DNA of 45,095 nt from a virus (Duplodnaviria; Caudoviricetes), in the IMG/VR virus record IMGVR_UViG_3300022602_000172, positions 1-45,095 of that record. One strand, given 5' to 3'. How positions within the stretch are numbered: the first letter of the stretch is position 1; every line of letters begins with the position of its first letter. The notes under the pieces were generated by a model, which saw nothing but the letters and a program-made list of their open reading frames with translations, did not search any database and was not told where the DNA came from. Positions 9,854 to 20,120 of the stretch are shown one piece after another. Both the position numbers and the translations under genes were made by a program.

Positions 9854-10577
9854 GCCACCTCCCATAGTTCATAGCATCTACTTCCATAGCACAATAGTAA
9901 CATATTTTTTTAGGAGATTCAAGTTTTTCTTTACTCTTTTTAGCTCGTTGTTCAGGTGAATGTTGTTTACCAAAAAAACCATTTGCTGTGCCAATATGTT
10001 TTTGTTTTGCTTTTATCTGATTGGCTTTTTCTTCACCATACATCTCTTCAAACGATTTTCCTTTATTATATGGAATTTTACCTTTCCTATTCTTTGAAGC
10101 AGATTCTTTCCACAACGCTGATTTTGGTTTAGAGGCTGAAATTGACATTTTTTCTTTTGTTTCTTTTGAATGAGTTTTTCCTAAGAATGTTCCTGAAATG
10201 TCTTTAAAACGATTTTGTTGTGCAATACTAAGTTTCTTTCTAGTTTCAGTTGGCATACCTGGGCTAGATTCTTTTAATATTTTGTAAACACGACTTGTTA
10301 TCTTGTATCGTTGTTGGCCAGGACCCACACAGCTGGCCATTAACAGGGCCGCTTTATGCATTTTGTATTTTGCAGACCCGGTTACCATTTTGGTCAAAAG
10401 CAGATGACAAATAAAGTGTTCTTTAGCAGTTAACGAAACTATGTTATCAATTACATCTAAACCGTTAAGACTCCTAGGTATTATATGATGATTTTCAATA
10501 TAACCTTCTAATACTCTGGTCTTGGCATGTTTAATAATTGCGCTATACCATCTTGAATATTTGTTGTTTAAAAACAT
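9825..10577 (-). mobile_element. Free-standing HNH homing endonuclease with NUMOD3-like repeats
   Basis: ENHHIIPRSLNG...LTAKEHFICHLLL, GKTHSKETKEKMS, GKQHSPEQRAK and C-terminal CxxC...NYGRWHGDKC; has its own TATAAATA at 10595-10602. Confidence 0.88.
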
Positions 10578-10612
10578 ATCCTATTCTCCACACATATTTA
10601 TATGAAGTGGGT

Positions 10613-10641
10613 AAGATAATCTTATTTTATTACAAGGTCAA
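10613..10641 (-). promoter_or_regulatory. Putative sigma70-type promoter for the endonuclease/dNMP kinase
   Basis: TTGACC-17 nt-TATCTT, just after the gp13 stop. Confidence 0.5.
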
Positions 10642-10649
10642 GAAATTTC

Positions 10650-11438
10650 TTATCCTAATACAAAATAATAGCCCGAACCGCCAGCGGTATAGTCCATTAA
10701 TTCTTTGTCTAACTTTTCAATTTCTTCTTTTCCGGCAGATAGTAGTGCTGTGCCGTTCAAAGTAATTGGGCTTTGGGGGCCTGCTATACTGGCAAACTTG
10801 CTACGTGCTTCGCCTAAAATTAGTTTAGTAGTTGCTAATGTGTAATCTTTAAGCCACTGTTTGGCATAAACATCTTGCAATAATACCCAGTCTGGGCGGA
10901 AGTTGTAGCATTGTACTAGTATTTGTTCGCCTTGGGCAAACGGACGTTGTAGTATAGTTAAGATATGGCTGGTAGGTTTCCATTTAAATTCAATATAACT
11001 ACCAAACATTCTGCCGACTAGTTTTTGATAACCAGCAAAAGCATCGTATGTGGCTAGCCCTCCCATCATGCTTCCACTCATTAGGTAAGTGTTAGTATAA
11101 GCTAAGTTAAAAGGTTCAAATAGCGTACCTCCTGCACCAATTCCACTTCTTGAGCCAATGGCTCTACGAAATACTTGACGCACTTCGATAACTTCATCGG
11201 GCAATCTGTATTCATTTTGATCCTGTATTAGTTCAAGAAACATATAGCTTTCTTCTACGGCATTTGGGCTTCGTTGACGATAACGGTTTAGTGCGCGATC
11301 TAGTGCTGTTTCTACGTGTATAGGATCTAGCTCTAGATCAATCATGCCGTCGCCCAGCATGGTTTTTACATATTCAAACACTGCATTACGCTCGATAGTG
11401 CTGTTTGATTGGGTTGTTGACGGTAAGGAATCGGCCAT
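10650..11438 (-). CDS. gp13: Neck protein
   Basis: LGDGMIDLEL, YRLPDEVIEV and WLKDYTLA...GEARSKF...ITLNGTALL, the T4 gp13-like C-terminal signature. Confidence 0.85.
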   Translation of the reverse strand: MADSLPSTTQSNSTIERNAVFEYVKTMLGDGMIDLELDPIHVETALDRALNRYRQRSPNAVEESYMFLELIQDQNEYRLPDEVIEVRQVFRRAIGSRSGIGAGGTLFEPFNLAYTNTYLMSGSMMGGLATYDAFAGYQKLVGRMFGSYIEFKWKPTSHILTILQRPFAQGEQILVQCYNFRPDWVLLQDVYAKQWLKDYTLATTKLILGEARSKFASIAGPQSPITLNGTALLSAGKEEIEKLDKELMDYTAGGSGYYFVLG

Positions 11439-11455
11439 TTTTTGTTCTCCTTACA

Positions 11456-11475
11456 TATTTAGCTACTGATAAATA
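11456..11475. promoter_or_regulatory. Back-to-back late promoters
   Basis: TAAATA on the minus strand (11456-11461, for gp13) and on the plus strand (11470-11475, for the HNH/gp14 unit). Confidence 0.7.
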
Positions 11476-11479
11476 TCAT

Positions 11480-12199
11480 ATGGCCATCAATTTTCTAGAT
11501 AACAAATATACAAAATGGTATTTTGACATCGTTAGTAATGCTCAAAAAAGAGATATCATTGGCTATGTTGAAAAACATCATATTATGCCTAAAAGTTTAG
11601 GCGGAAATAACAAAAAAGAAAATCTAGTTAATTTAACGGCAAGAGAGCATTTTATTTGCCACTGGTTATTAACTAAAATGGTATCAAATATTAAACACAG
11701 ATACCAAATGTGGAATGCGTTTAGTTGTATGTTATATCGAGAAAACTCTAATCAGGAGCGATATAAAATTAGCTCAAAAATTTTTGATAATATCAAAAAA
11801 GAAGGAGCATATATTAAAAGTATTAATTTTTCAGGAGAAAATAATCCTATGTACGGAAAATGTGGGAAAGATCATCCATCATTTGGTATACAGTGGACTA
11901 ACGAAATGCGCAAAAATTCTTCAGAGTCGCACAAAGGATTAACTAGAAGTTTAGAATCTCGAAAAAAACAATCTGAAAAAACAAAAGGTAGAAAGCAATC
12001 AGCAGAACATATTGCCAAACGAATTCAACCAGGTAAAACACATTCTACTGAATCAAAAGAAAAAATTAAACAAGCAATATTAAAGATGCCAACAATTGTT
12101 TGTGAACATTGTCAGTTTTCAACAACTAAAGGAAACTATAAAAGATGGCACGGTAGCAATTGTAAACACATCCAAGGAGAATTAAAATTCCACGCTTAA
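11480..12199 (+). mobile_element. Free-standing HNH homing endonuclease with NUMOD3-like repeats
   Basis: Likely start MAINFLDNKY at 11480; EKHHIMPKSLGG...LTAREHFICHWLL, GKTHSTESKEKI and CEHC...NYKRWHGSNC. Confidence 0.88.
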
Positions 12200-13647
12200 G
12201 TTTATACAGGCCAGAAAAAGGGTCAGACTACAAATTTGTAGATAGACAAATATCTGAAATGTTCCAAGCCGGAGGAACTGACCTCTATTGGCACAAATAT
12301 CTTGGATCTAACAATGATCCATCCATGGCTACTGCAGATAAGCCTGCATATGCCAATACTAATCCTGCGAATATTCAGGATCTATTACTGTTAGAAAATA
12401 GAGACAGAACCTACGATAAAGAAATTTATCGTATTCGTGGCATTTACAATGTACAAAATATTGATTTTAATCTAAGTCAGTTTGGCTTGTTCATCGACAA
12501 TGATACATTGTATATGGAAATACATATTAATGATTTTATCAAATATGTTGGGCGTAAACCTATAACAGGCGATGTTATAGAATTACCCCATTTGCGTGAT
12601 GAGTTTGCACTAAATGATTATAACATTGCCTTACCCCGTTACTATGTAGTAGAAGATGTAGGTCGTGCTAGTAATGGATTTAGTAGTACTTGGTTTGCAC
12701 ACATATATAGATTAAAAATTAAACGTGTATTTGATAGCCAGCAATTTTCACAAATTTTTGACGCAGCTGCCACTGATGAAAATGGCGATCCTACTAATCA
12801 ATCTCTACGCGATGTATTGAGCATGTATAATCAAGAATTAGCCATCAATGACCAAGTTGTTGCGCAGGCAGAGTCCGATGCGGCTAAGAGCGGTTATGAG
12901 ACTCGTCAATTTTATACTATTGCTGTTGACGATACCAACGGCAAGACTGTTATTCAAACGGCTGATCAAGATACCATAGATGCCAGCGTTGCAAGCCAGT
13001 TAGCTTCAGGTACATACGGTACAGGACAAAAAACAGGTTACCAAGGATACTTAGTAGGCGACGGTTATCCTATTAATGGTTTAGATTTTGGATTTGGCGT
13101 AAACTTTCCAGCCAATCCCGGACCCGACGATTTCTTTTTAAGATTAGATTTTTTACCTAACAGACTATTTAGATTCGATGGCACGCTGAATACATGGATT
13201 GCTGTAGAAGATGCGGTTCGTATGACCATGACACAGACTGATACTAGAGCTACACAAAAAACTGGCTTTATTAATAATACATCATGGACATTTAATGATG
13301 TGGTTGCTACGGACTTTGTAATTGCTACCGCAGGTCAAACTATAATTAGCACACAAATTGATAGCGGTATTACAGCACCGTATCTTGTGTTTAAACTCGA
13401 CTCATCGGTTCCTGGTGTAACATTGATAGATTTTGAAACTGCATTATATCAAACATTGTTTTCAACGTATGTATACACAGATGGTAATGGTATTACTAGT
13501 AATAAATTACAAATTAATTTACCCGTAATTGATCAAATTCAACAAATATTACCGTATGCAGGTCAATGGACGATTACATTATACAATTACAGAGAAGCTC
13601 AGAGACAAAGTCTTAGCAAAGCACTGCGTCCTAAAGCAGATTTTTAA
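12187..13647 (+). CDS. gp14: Neck/head-closure protein; N-terminus extended to an ATT start
   Basis: IQDLLLLENRDR, FNLSQFGLF and PITGDVIELPH; located between gp13 and gp15. In-frame IPRLSLYRPEKGSDYKFVDRQISE precedes ATG 12259. Confidence 0.75.
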   Translation: MPRLSLYRPEKGSDYKFVDRQISEMFQAGGTDLYWHKYLGSNNDPSMATADKPAYANTNPANIQDLLLLENRDRTYDKEIYRIRGIYNVQNIDFNLSQFGLFIDNDTLYMEIHINDFIKYVGRKPITGDVIELPHLRDEFALNDYNIALPRYYVVEDVGRASNGFSSTWFAHIYRLKIKRVFDSQQFSQIFDAAATDENGDPTNQSLRDVLSMYNQELAINDQVVAQAESDAAKSGYETRQFYTIAVDDTNGKTVIQTADQDTIDASVASQLASGTYGTGQKTGYQGYLVGDGYPINGLDFGFGVNFPANPGPDDFFLRLDFLPNRLFRFDGTLNTWIAVEDAVRMTMTQTDTRATQKTGFINNTSWTFNDVVATDFVIATAGQTIISTQIDSGITAPYLVFKLDSSVPGVTLIDFETALYQTLFSTYVYTDGNGITSNKLQINLPVIDQIQQILPYAGQWTITLYNYREAQRQSLSKALRPKADF

Positions 13648-13658
13648 GGATAAAGAAA

Positions 13659-15155
13659 TTGGAATTTTTTTACGATGGCCAAATAAGACGTTACATTGCA
13701 CAGACTATTCGTGTATTCAGTAACTTTGTAGTACAGTACGGTGATGGACGTTTAGTTCGTGTACCTGTATTATACGGAGACCCTGATAGACAAGTTGCCA
13801 ATATTATGGCCAACAACAGTATGGGCAACAAAGTTAATAGTATACCTCGAATCAGTGTGTATGTTACTAGTTTTGCTTTAGATAGAGAACGATTATCAGA
13901 TGCAACATTTATTAGTAAGATACATGTGCGTGAGCGTGACATACAAGTAGATAACACACCAGGTAGTCCTACATACGGTCAGCCCGTTTATAATCAAGAT
14001 CAAGGTCGTAATTATACTGTTGAAAGATTAATGCCTACTCCATTTAAACTAACCATGAAAGTGGACATTTGGTCTAGTAGTACTGAACAAAAATTGCAGT
14101 TGCTTGAACAAATACTAGTGCTGTTTAATCCTAGTTTAGAAATACAAACTACTGACAATTACATCGATTGGACCAGTTTGAGTGTGTTAAATCTTAACGA
14201 CATAGCTTGGAGCAGCAGACAAGTGCCTGTGGGCAACGATAGTCCTATTGAGGTAGCTACATTAACAGTAGAAGCTCCTGCGTGGATTAGTCCCCCAGTT
14301 AAGGTCAAACGCCTAGGAGTCATGACTAAAATTGTTGCAAATGTATGGAATACTACGAAGCAAAGTAACGACTCGTATATTGAAGGTCTGGCCTTTGATC
14401 CAATAGGTCCTACACAACTGTTTAGCAATATTATCACAACTGTAACTGGAACTAAAGATGGAAACAGTATTGAAGTGTACTCTAATCAAATTATACTATT
14501 AAATCGTGGTGAAAGTGTATATCCAAATGAATCTACTCTGGATGCAGAACCTGTGAGACGAGGCACGCCTTTAAGTTGGTTGACATTTTTAGCATCAAGT
14601 CCTGGCAAATATGTTGCAGGCGCCAGTATGATATATCTTACTCAGCCAAATGGAACTTATGTTGTAGGAACATTTGCTATCAATGCATTAGACGAAACAA
14701 TTTTAACCGTAGAGTGGAATTCAGATACACTGACTAGTAACACTGGAATAGATAGTGCTGGAAAACTAGAAGGCTATCCTGGTTATAATCCATCTGCTGG
14801 TTACAGGCCTAATAGCCCTGGCACATTTGATGCTATTATTAATCCCCAGAGTTTTAATCCTACAGCATCTGGCGCACCTACAGTAGGCACTAGATATCTT
14901 ATTATAGAAGATATAGGCGCACCTGGTATTGAAAACAATACTCTAGCATGGGGTGCACTAGTGGCTGTTGCTAATGACATAATCGAATGGACAGGAACTG
15001 AGTGGCATGTGATTCTTAATACTAATCACGAAACAACTACCATGATATGGCAGACAAATATATATACTGGAGTTCAGTATCTATGGGACGGTGTCCAATG
15101 GAAGAAGAGCTTTGAAGGAGAGTATTTGCCTGAATTATGGAAAATAGTATTGTAA
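13659..15155 (+). CDS. gp15: Tail terminator / tail completion protein with C-terminal extension
   Basis: FFYDGQIRRY, VPVLYG, PRISV, MPTPF and QLLEQILVLFNP; TTG start after AAGGA. Confidence 0.82.
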   Translation: MEFFYDGQIRRYIAQTIRVFSNFVVQYGDGRLVRVPVLYGDPDRQVANIMANNSMGNKVNSIPRISVYVTSFALDRERLSDATFISKIHVRERDIQVDNTPGSPTYGQPVYNQDQGRNYTVERLMPTPFKLTMKVDIWSSSTEQKLQLLEQILVLFNPSLEIQTTDNYIDWTSLSVLNLNDIAWSSRQVPVGNDSPIEVATLTVEAPAWISPPVKVKRLGVMTKIVANVWNTTKQSNDSYIEGLAFDPIGPTQLFSNIITTVTGTKDGNSIEVYSNQIILLNRGESVYPNESTLDAEPVRRGTPLSWLTFLASSPGKYVAGASMIYLTQPNGTYVVGTFAINALDETILTVEWNSDTLTSNTGIDSAGKLEGYPGYNPSAGYRPNSPGTFDAIINPQSFNPTASGAPTVGTRYLIIEDIGAPGIENNTLAWGALVAVANDIIEWTGTEWHVILNTNHETTTMIWQTNIYTGVQYLWDGVQWKKSFEGEYLPELWKIVL

Positions 15156-15586
15156 AAGAATCGATAGTTTGTAGCGGAGCATTATTCTACGCCAAGTCTA
15201 CACGAAGATTTTTATTACTACAAAAAGCACACGGCAAACACGAAGGTACTTGGGGCTTAGTAGGCGGCACTAATATTGCCGGAGAGCGTCCTTGGGAAGG
15301 ATTAACAAGAGAAATTCAAGAAGAAATTGGATTTATCCCTACAATTGTTAAAACAATACCATTAGAAACATTTGTCAGTAACGATCGTGTGTTTAACTTT
15401 CACACGTATCTATGCGTAATTGATTCAGAATTTGTTCCTACACTAAGTGATGAGCATCAAGGCTGGGCTTGGGCAACTATTGATCGGGCACCTAAACCCT
15501 TACATCAAGGGTTACGTAATAGTTTTTCAAGTAAAATTATTCGCACTAAACTGCAAACTGTATTTGACTTAGTTGAATTGATATAA
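15137..15586 (+). CDS. NUDIX hydrolase
   Basis: Nudix box WGLVGG...GE...GLTREIQEEIG. Confidence 0.9.
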   Translation: MENSIVKESIVCSGALFYAKSTRRFLLLQKAHGKHEGTWGLVGGTNIAGERPWEGLTREIQEEIGFIPTIVKTIPLETFVSNDRVFNFHTYLCVIDSEFVPTLSDEHQGWAWATIDRAPKPLHQGLRNSFSSKIIRTKLQTVFDLVELI

Positions 15587-15587
15587 T

Positions 15588-15614
15588 AAAAAAGCCGCTA
15601 TATGCGGCTTTTTT
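15588..15614. terminator. Bidirectional intrinsic terminator between convergent genes
   Basis: AAAAAA-GCCGC-TATAT-GCGGC-TTTTTT. Confidence 0.88.
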
Positions 15615-15618
15615 GTTT

Positions 15619-18600
15619 TTACGCTTGAGCTTCGCCCCATCTTAAAACAACGTTTGCTGGAATTGCAGTTCCTGATGTTTTATAAATGTTAATAGCTAAT
15701 ACGTCTGGACCATTAGGGAATGTACCACGGCCACCAATTGTGGTATTTGTCATTTCTTTCAATCCTGACAAGTCCAAACTACTTAATGCACCCGATGTTC
15801 CAATAAACGAGAATACAGTTTCACCAGGCAATGCATATGGAGGTTGTCCAAATTGGAATGTAACCAATGTCGATCCTGGAGTAATCGTAACACCTGAGTT
15901 TGTACTTTGTGTAAATGATACTTTGTAGTAACTTGTACTAAAATAAGTAGCAGATGTAACGTTATTAACGTTAGTGCCTGCAGGAAAATTGGTATCTGTG
16001 CTAGACACTTGGGTACCAATAGTAGCTGTTGTAGCTGCCCATGCAGTTGCATTAAAGAACAACACAGATGAATTAGATGTGTTATACTTTCTAGTAACTG
16101 TTAGCGTAGTATCTCCTGAAGTATTACCTGTGAAATTACTACTAATTTGTAGACCGTAGTAAGAACCGTTAACAAAAATATTTTGAATCTGATTACCAGC
16201 GCTTGGTACATTAGAGCCTGACAAGTAATCACCTACAGCTAGACCAGCTGCTTGATAGGTTGCATAATCTGCAGCACTTACATATATGTAGTTTATACCG
16301 TTATTGACACTGTTTGAACCAAGTGGTGCTGCACGAGCTGTAATTGATCCCGTAGGAAATGCATTGGTTGCAATTGCTGTTGTGGTAACTACAGCTCCTG
16401 TACTCCAGGTTACACTACCGCCTGGGGCAATTTGTGCAAAGCTAGGTTGTCCGCCTGCTGCTTGACTACTTAAACCGTTCCATGTAATATTACTTGGGTT
16501 AGTAGGATAGTTGCTTGGATTCAAAATACCTTGAATAACAATACCGCCAGTTGATCCGCTATCGATAGTAACATCAATATTTTGTAACAACAATTGAGCG
16601 CGATTTAACAATTCTCTATCGCCTAAATCTCCCACAGTAGCATTACTCACACTGGGTGCTAGTCGAATTAAGAAAGCTGTTTGAATAGTTGTACTAACAC
16701 TGATGTTTGTACCTACATAGTTAAACAAATAGCCGCGGTCGTTATCAAATCCGCCGTCTGTTAAGAATGCTGATCCCCAATGACTAATACTTGGTGTGGC
16801 TGTTTGATTAACTAGATACAGTCCTGTTTGTTGATTGTGTGCAGCAGCTGTTGTGCCAGTAAATGTTCTGTTGATACCTGCGTAAAACAAACTGTAGGTT
16901 GATCCTCGAACACAGTTTAACAAACTCTGATTTGTTTTGCCAGAGTAATTGACAATTTCACCTTCTATGTATATAGTACCTACTGTAGGGAACAAGCTAG
17001 CATCGTTAACTATTAATGTAGTGTCATTGTTACCGGCAGCCGCAGTCAAATATGTGCGAGGACCTTCGTTGAGAACTTCATAGCGTACTGGTTGGTTACC
17101 TGAACGCATATACGCTTCGGTGTTGACATTACCGTTTTTCTGACGATGTACTGTGACATAATTACCGTCTGGGCCTCGCAACATCCAATCAATAAATCCA
17201 GCACCATACCAAGTCCATTGAATACCTACCATCTGCATTTTGCTTACGTTGATTTGATATCCGCTTGGATTGTACACTCCGCTTGACCCGTCCATGCGAT
17301 CCATGTTCCATTGACTTTGCGGAACAAATTTTTCAATAGTTTTAGCAGCTTTAATACCGCTGTTTGAACTTACTCCGCGATAGTCTGGCGTCACATACAT
17401 TAATGTATCACTTGCTACATCCATAACTTTATGTGTCATGCCTTTAATAACAATTCTGTCGCCAGATGCTAATTGTGTAGTGAATCTTGTATTAGATCCA
17501 GTAATTGTATTACTATCTGGAGTTACACTAATTGTTCCTGCAATTTGAAATGTACTGGTTCTATAGCCGATACCAATAGTCTGACCGTCATATTGCCAAT
17601 ATTGTCCGTTTTGTTCGTCAAATGTTCCAGCACGTACTGTAGATCCATACCAATTTACTAAACTAACCTGACAAGGATCTGTAAATGCTGCTGGAGTTGT
17701 ACCTAAAACACTCGTTGCTGCAACGGTAAATGTACGTTCATCACTAATGCTAGTAACATAATAATAACCATTATAACCAGTAGTTGTGCAACCATAGATA
17801 TTTACATATGCGCCTACTTGAAATCCATGGTCAACATCGTCAGTTACTACTGTAATTGTTGCACCATACGTTATTGTTGCATTAACTAAGGCAGTAGTAG
17901 GAGCTACACTAACAGTAATTGTGCTAGGTCCGACATTGGTAATAGTTGTTCCTAATGCGAATGCACCCGTTCCTCCAGATACAATAACTGATTGCCCATT
18001 TACTAGTCCTGATGTACTGCCAACTGTAATAGTTTGTGTACTACCAGAACATCCGGTAACGGTTCCGTAAGCAGTGCTGGGACTTGCTGTTAAACTACGT
18101 AAATTATAACTAGGAGCCATTAACAAACCAGTATTGTAGTTAATAGCTTTACCAGATTGATAACGTATGTATTTTTTACTCATACGTATTGCTTGTGTGC
18201 CATATGCTGGGCCGCCAGTGCCCAACATTACACCACCGTCAAACGGTCTGTGGATATAGAATGCGTCGGGTCTAGCATATACTACACCCACTAGTGTGGT
18301 ACCAGTATCAATTGTTCCCGACGCCCTTGCTGTGTATGTAAATGATGTTAAACTAGTAACTGTTTCAACAAAGAACGGACCTTGTGCAAATGCATGATTA
18401 CTACCAGTGCTTGAAATTGCAACTAGTACAGTTTGTCCAGGAACCAAGCCGTGATTGCTAGCAAATGTAACTGTAACGGTTGCAGGACTACTAGCATTGC
18501 TAGCACTAAATGATGGACTACCAATACTTGCACCTGTATAAAATCCACCTTTACGTACAATAGTATATGCAGAACTAATAACATCGCCATTGTTTACGCC

Positions 18601-19311
18601 GATTTTAGATTTTGCATAGTACGTAAAACTAGTTGAAGTTGTGACACTGTTAACAATGAAAGATCCTTCAGCACGACTGAATCCCAAAATAGTATTTAAA
18701 TAACCTTTAACTGTAATAGGTTGTCCTGCTATAAGTTGGTGGACAGCGACAGTATTAACAGTAATTAAACTTTCACCTGTACCGCCTGACCCAGTGGATG
18801 CATCAGTTGTTACATAACTAATATTTAAATCACTACCAGGAATTTCATAAATTGATGGATAGTTATTCATCAAGTCTACAGTTTGCCACTTAGTAGGTTG
18901 TAGTCCATATTCAAAGTCAGCGTCCAGCATGGATTGTGGATTACTTACACGAATACGTTCAAAAGCATCGTGTCCTACCGCTCCACCAATTTTCATTAGC
19001 TGTTGAGGAGTATCAATGAATATCTGAATGTTATCAGTTGCACTCATTGTGCTAGTATTTGCAGCTAGTGTAAATGTTGTGTATCCGTCGGTAACACCTA
19101 TTTCTTGCGGGAAAGTAGCGTACGCAGTTCTTGAAAAAGTTGCTGTAGTGCCGGTATTTCCAACATTGGCAAAATTGTAAATGATTGCATTACTTGTAGT
19201 ATTGGTTATCAACAACAATTGATTTAGTTGATAAAATCCAGGTACAATAACTGTACCTGCTCCTGCAGTTCCTGGTGTAAACACGTATGTTTTTAAAAGC
19301 TGTTTTGCCAT
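15619..19311 (-). CDS. Large virion structural/fibre-associated protein (1230 aa)
   Basis: Thr/Ser/Gly-rich beta composition, repeated T-V-T...HGL...G-x-x-V small domains, DADFEYGLQPTKW motif. Confidence 0.7.
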   Translation of the reverse strand: MAKQLLKTYVFTPGTAGAGTVIVPGFYQLNQLLLITNTTSNAIIYNFANVGNTGTTATFSRTAYATFPQEIGVTDGYTTFTLAANTSTMSATDNIQIFIDTPQQLMKIGGAVGHDAFERIRVSNPQSMLDADFEYGLQPTKWQTVDLMNNYPSIYEIPGSDLNISYVTTDASTGSGGTGESLITVNTVAVHQLIAGQPITVKGYLNTILGFSRAEGSFIVNSVTTSTSFTYYAKSKIGVNNGDVISSAYTIVRKGGFYTGASIGSPSFSASNASSPATVTVTFASNHGLVPGQTVLVAISSTGSNHAFAQGPFFVETVTSLTSFTYTARASGTIDTGTTLVGVVYARPDAFYIHRPFDGGVMLGTGGPAYGTQAIRMSKKYIRYQSGKAINYNTGLLMAPSYNLRSLTASPSTAYGTVTGCSGSTQTITVGSTSGLVNGQSVIVSGGTGAFALGTTITNVGPSTITVSVAPTTALVNATITYGATITVVTDDVDHGFQVGAYVNIYGCTTTGYNGYYYVTSISDERTFTVAATSVLGTTPAAFTDPCQVSLVNWYGSTVRAGTFDEQNGQYWQYDGQTIGIGYRTSTFQIAGTISVTPDSNTITGSNTRFTTQLASGDRIVIKGMTHKVMDVASDTLMYVTPDYRGVSSNSGIKAAKTIEKFVPQSQWNMDRMDGSSGVYNPSGYQINVSKMQMVGIQWTWYGAGFIDWMLRGPDGNYVTVHRQKNGNVNTEAYMRSGNQPVRYEVLNEGPRTYLTAAAGNNDTTLIVNDASLFPTVGTIYIEGEIVNYSGKTNQSLLNCVRGSTYSLFYAGINRTFTGTTAAAHNQQTGLYLVNQTATPSISHWGSAFLTDGGFDNDRGYLFNYVGTNISVSTTIQTAFLIRLAPSVSNATVGDLGDRELLNRAQLLLQNIDVTIDSGSTGGIVIQGILNPSNYPTNPSNITWNGLSSQAAGGQPSFAQIAPGGSVTWSTGAVVTTTAIATNAFPTGSITARAAPLGSNSVNNGINYIYVSAADYATYQAAGLAVGDYLSGSNVPSAGNQIQNIFVNGSYYGLQISSNFTGNTSGDTTLTVTRKYNTSNSSVLFFNATAWAATTATIGTQVSSTDTNFPAGTNVNNVTSATYFSTSYYKVSFTQSTNSGVTITPGSTLVTFQFGQPPYALPGETVFSFIGTSGALSSLDLSGLKEMTNTTIGGRGTFPNGPDVLAINIYKTSGTAIPANVVLRWGEAQA

Positions 19312-19335
19312 TTTATTTCGTTTCCATTTATAGTA

Positions 19336-20094
19336 TTAACTTAATCCGATTGCTAACGCTGCCGATATCGAATCCACATATTGTTTATTAGTCAAATGAC
19401 TTGCTAGTGTTGGGGCGGTCGCGGCTGTTATGTTTCCTGAAAATGATCCAGTTGTGTGTGTGACATTTGCAGAAAATGATGCTCCAGCAAAACTAGAACT
19501 TCCACTAACTGTTAACGCACTTAGCACACCCACACTGGTTAAACTACTAAACACAACATTACTTGCCAATGTTGTACCTGTAATATTACCTGCTGTAATA
19601 ACAGCACCACCACCGCCTGTATTAAGTGTAGTCCAGCCTAAATTTCCTGCACCGTCATCTACTAGTACTTGTCCAACAGCTCCGTGTGCCAGCGGAAATC
19701 TGTAATTTGGAAAATTAGTTATACCGCTTGCTTGAAAGCTCCAAGTATATGTTGCATTACTAACTATACTTATGTTATTGGATCCATCCACCGTTAGTGT
19801 GCTATTTTGTGAAAAAATACTTCCAGAGTATCCTAAAATACTTCCACTTATTGGATTTGTTACTGTTAAACTAGTTAGTGTTCCCAAACTGGTCAAACTA
19901 CTGCCAGTAATACCTGATCCAAGTGTAGTTGGAGTTAATAGTATTGTTGAACCGTTTGTGATATTACCCGCTGTCAGCACTAGGTTTCCGTTCATGCTGA
20001 TATTACCAGTTGAATCAACAGCAAACCCTGGGCTGCTAAAGCCTGTGGCTGATGATAACGGATCTACAGTAAACGGACTAGCTAAATTTGCCAT
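19336..20094 (-). CDS. Short fibre-like virion protein
   Basis: SSLTSLGTLTSLTV/SSLTSVGVLSALTV repeats, APT...HLTNKQYVD and a hydrophobic C-terminus; late promoter at 20113-20118. Confidence 0.7.
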   Translation of the reverse strand: MANLASPFTVDPLSSATGFSSPGFAVDSTGNISMNGNLVLTAGNITNGSTILLTPTTLGSGITGSSLTSLGTLTSLTVTNPISGSILGYSGSIFSQNSTLTVDGSNNISIVSNATYTWSFQASGITNFPNYRFPLAHGAVGQVLVDDGAGNLGWTTLNTGGGGAVITAGNITGTTLASNVVFSSLTSVGVLSALTVSGSSSFAGASFSANVTHTTGSFSGNITAATAPTLASHLTNKQYVDSISAALAIGLS

Positions 20095-20120
20095 TATAAA
20101 ATTCCTTCAGTATATTTATG

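Noticed and set aside
11480-12190. Group I intron containing the HNH ORF and joining an ATG exon to gp14
   Set aside because: There is no non-coding space for a catalytic core, no terminal G before CCA, and no recognisable P7 elements; an ATT start is the simpler explanation.
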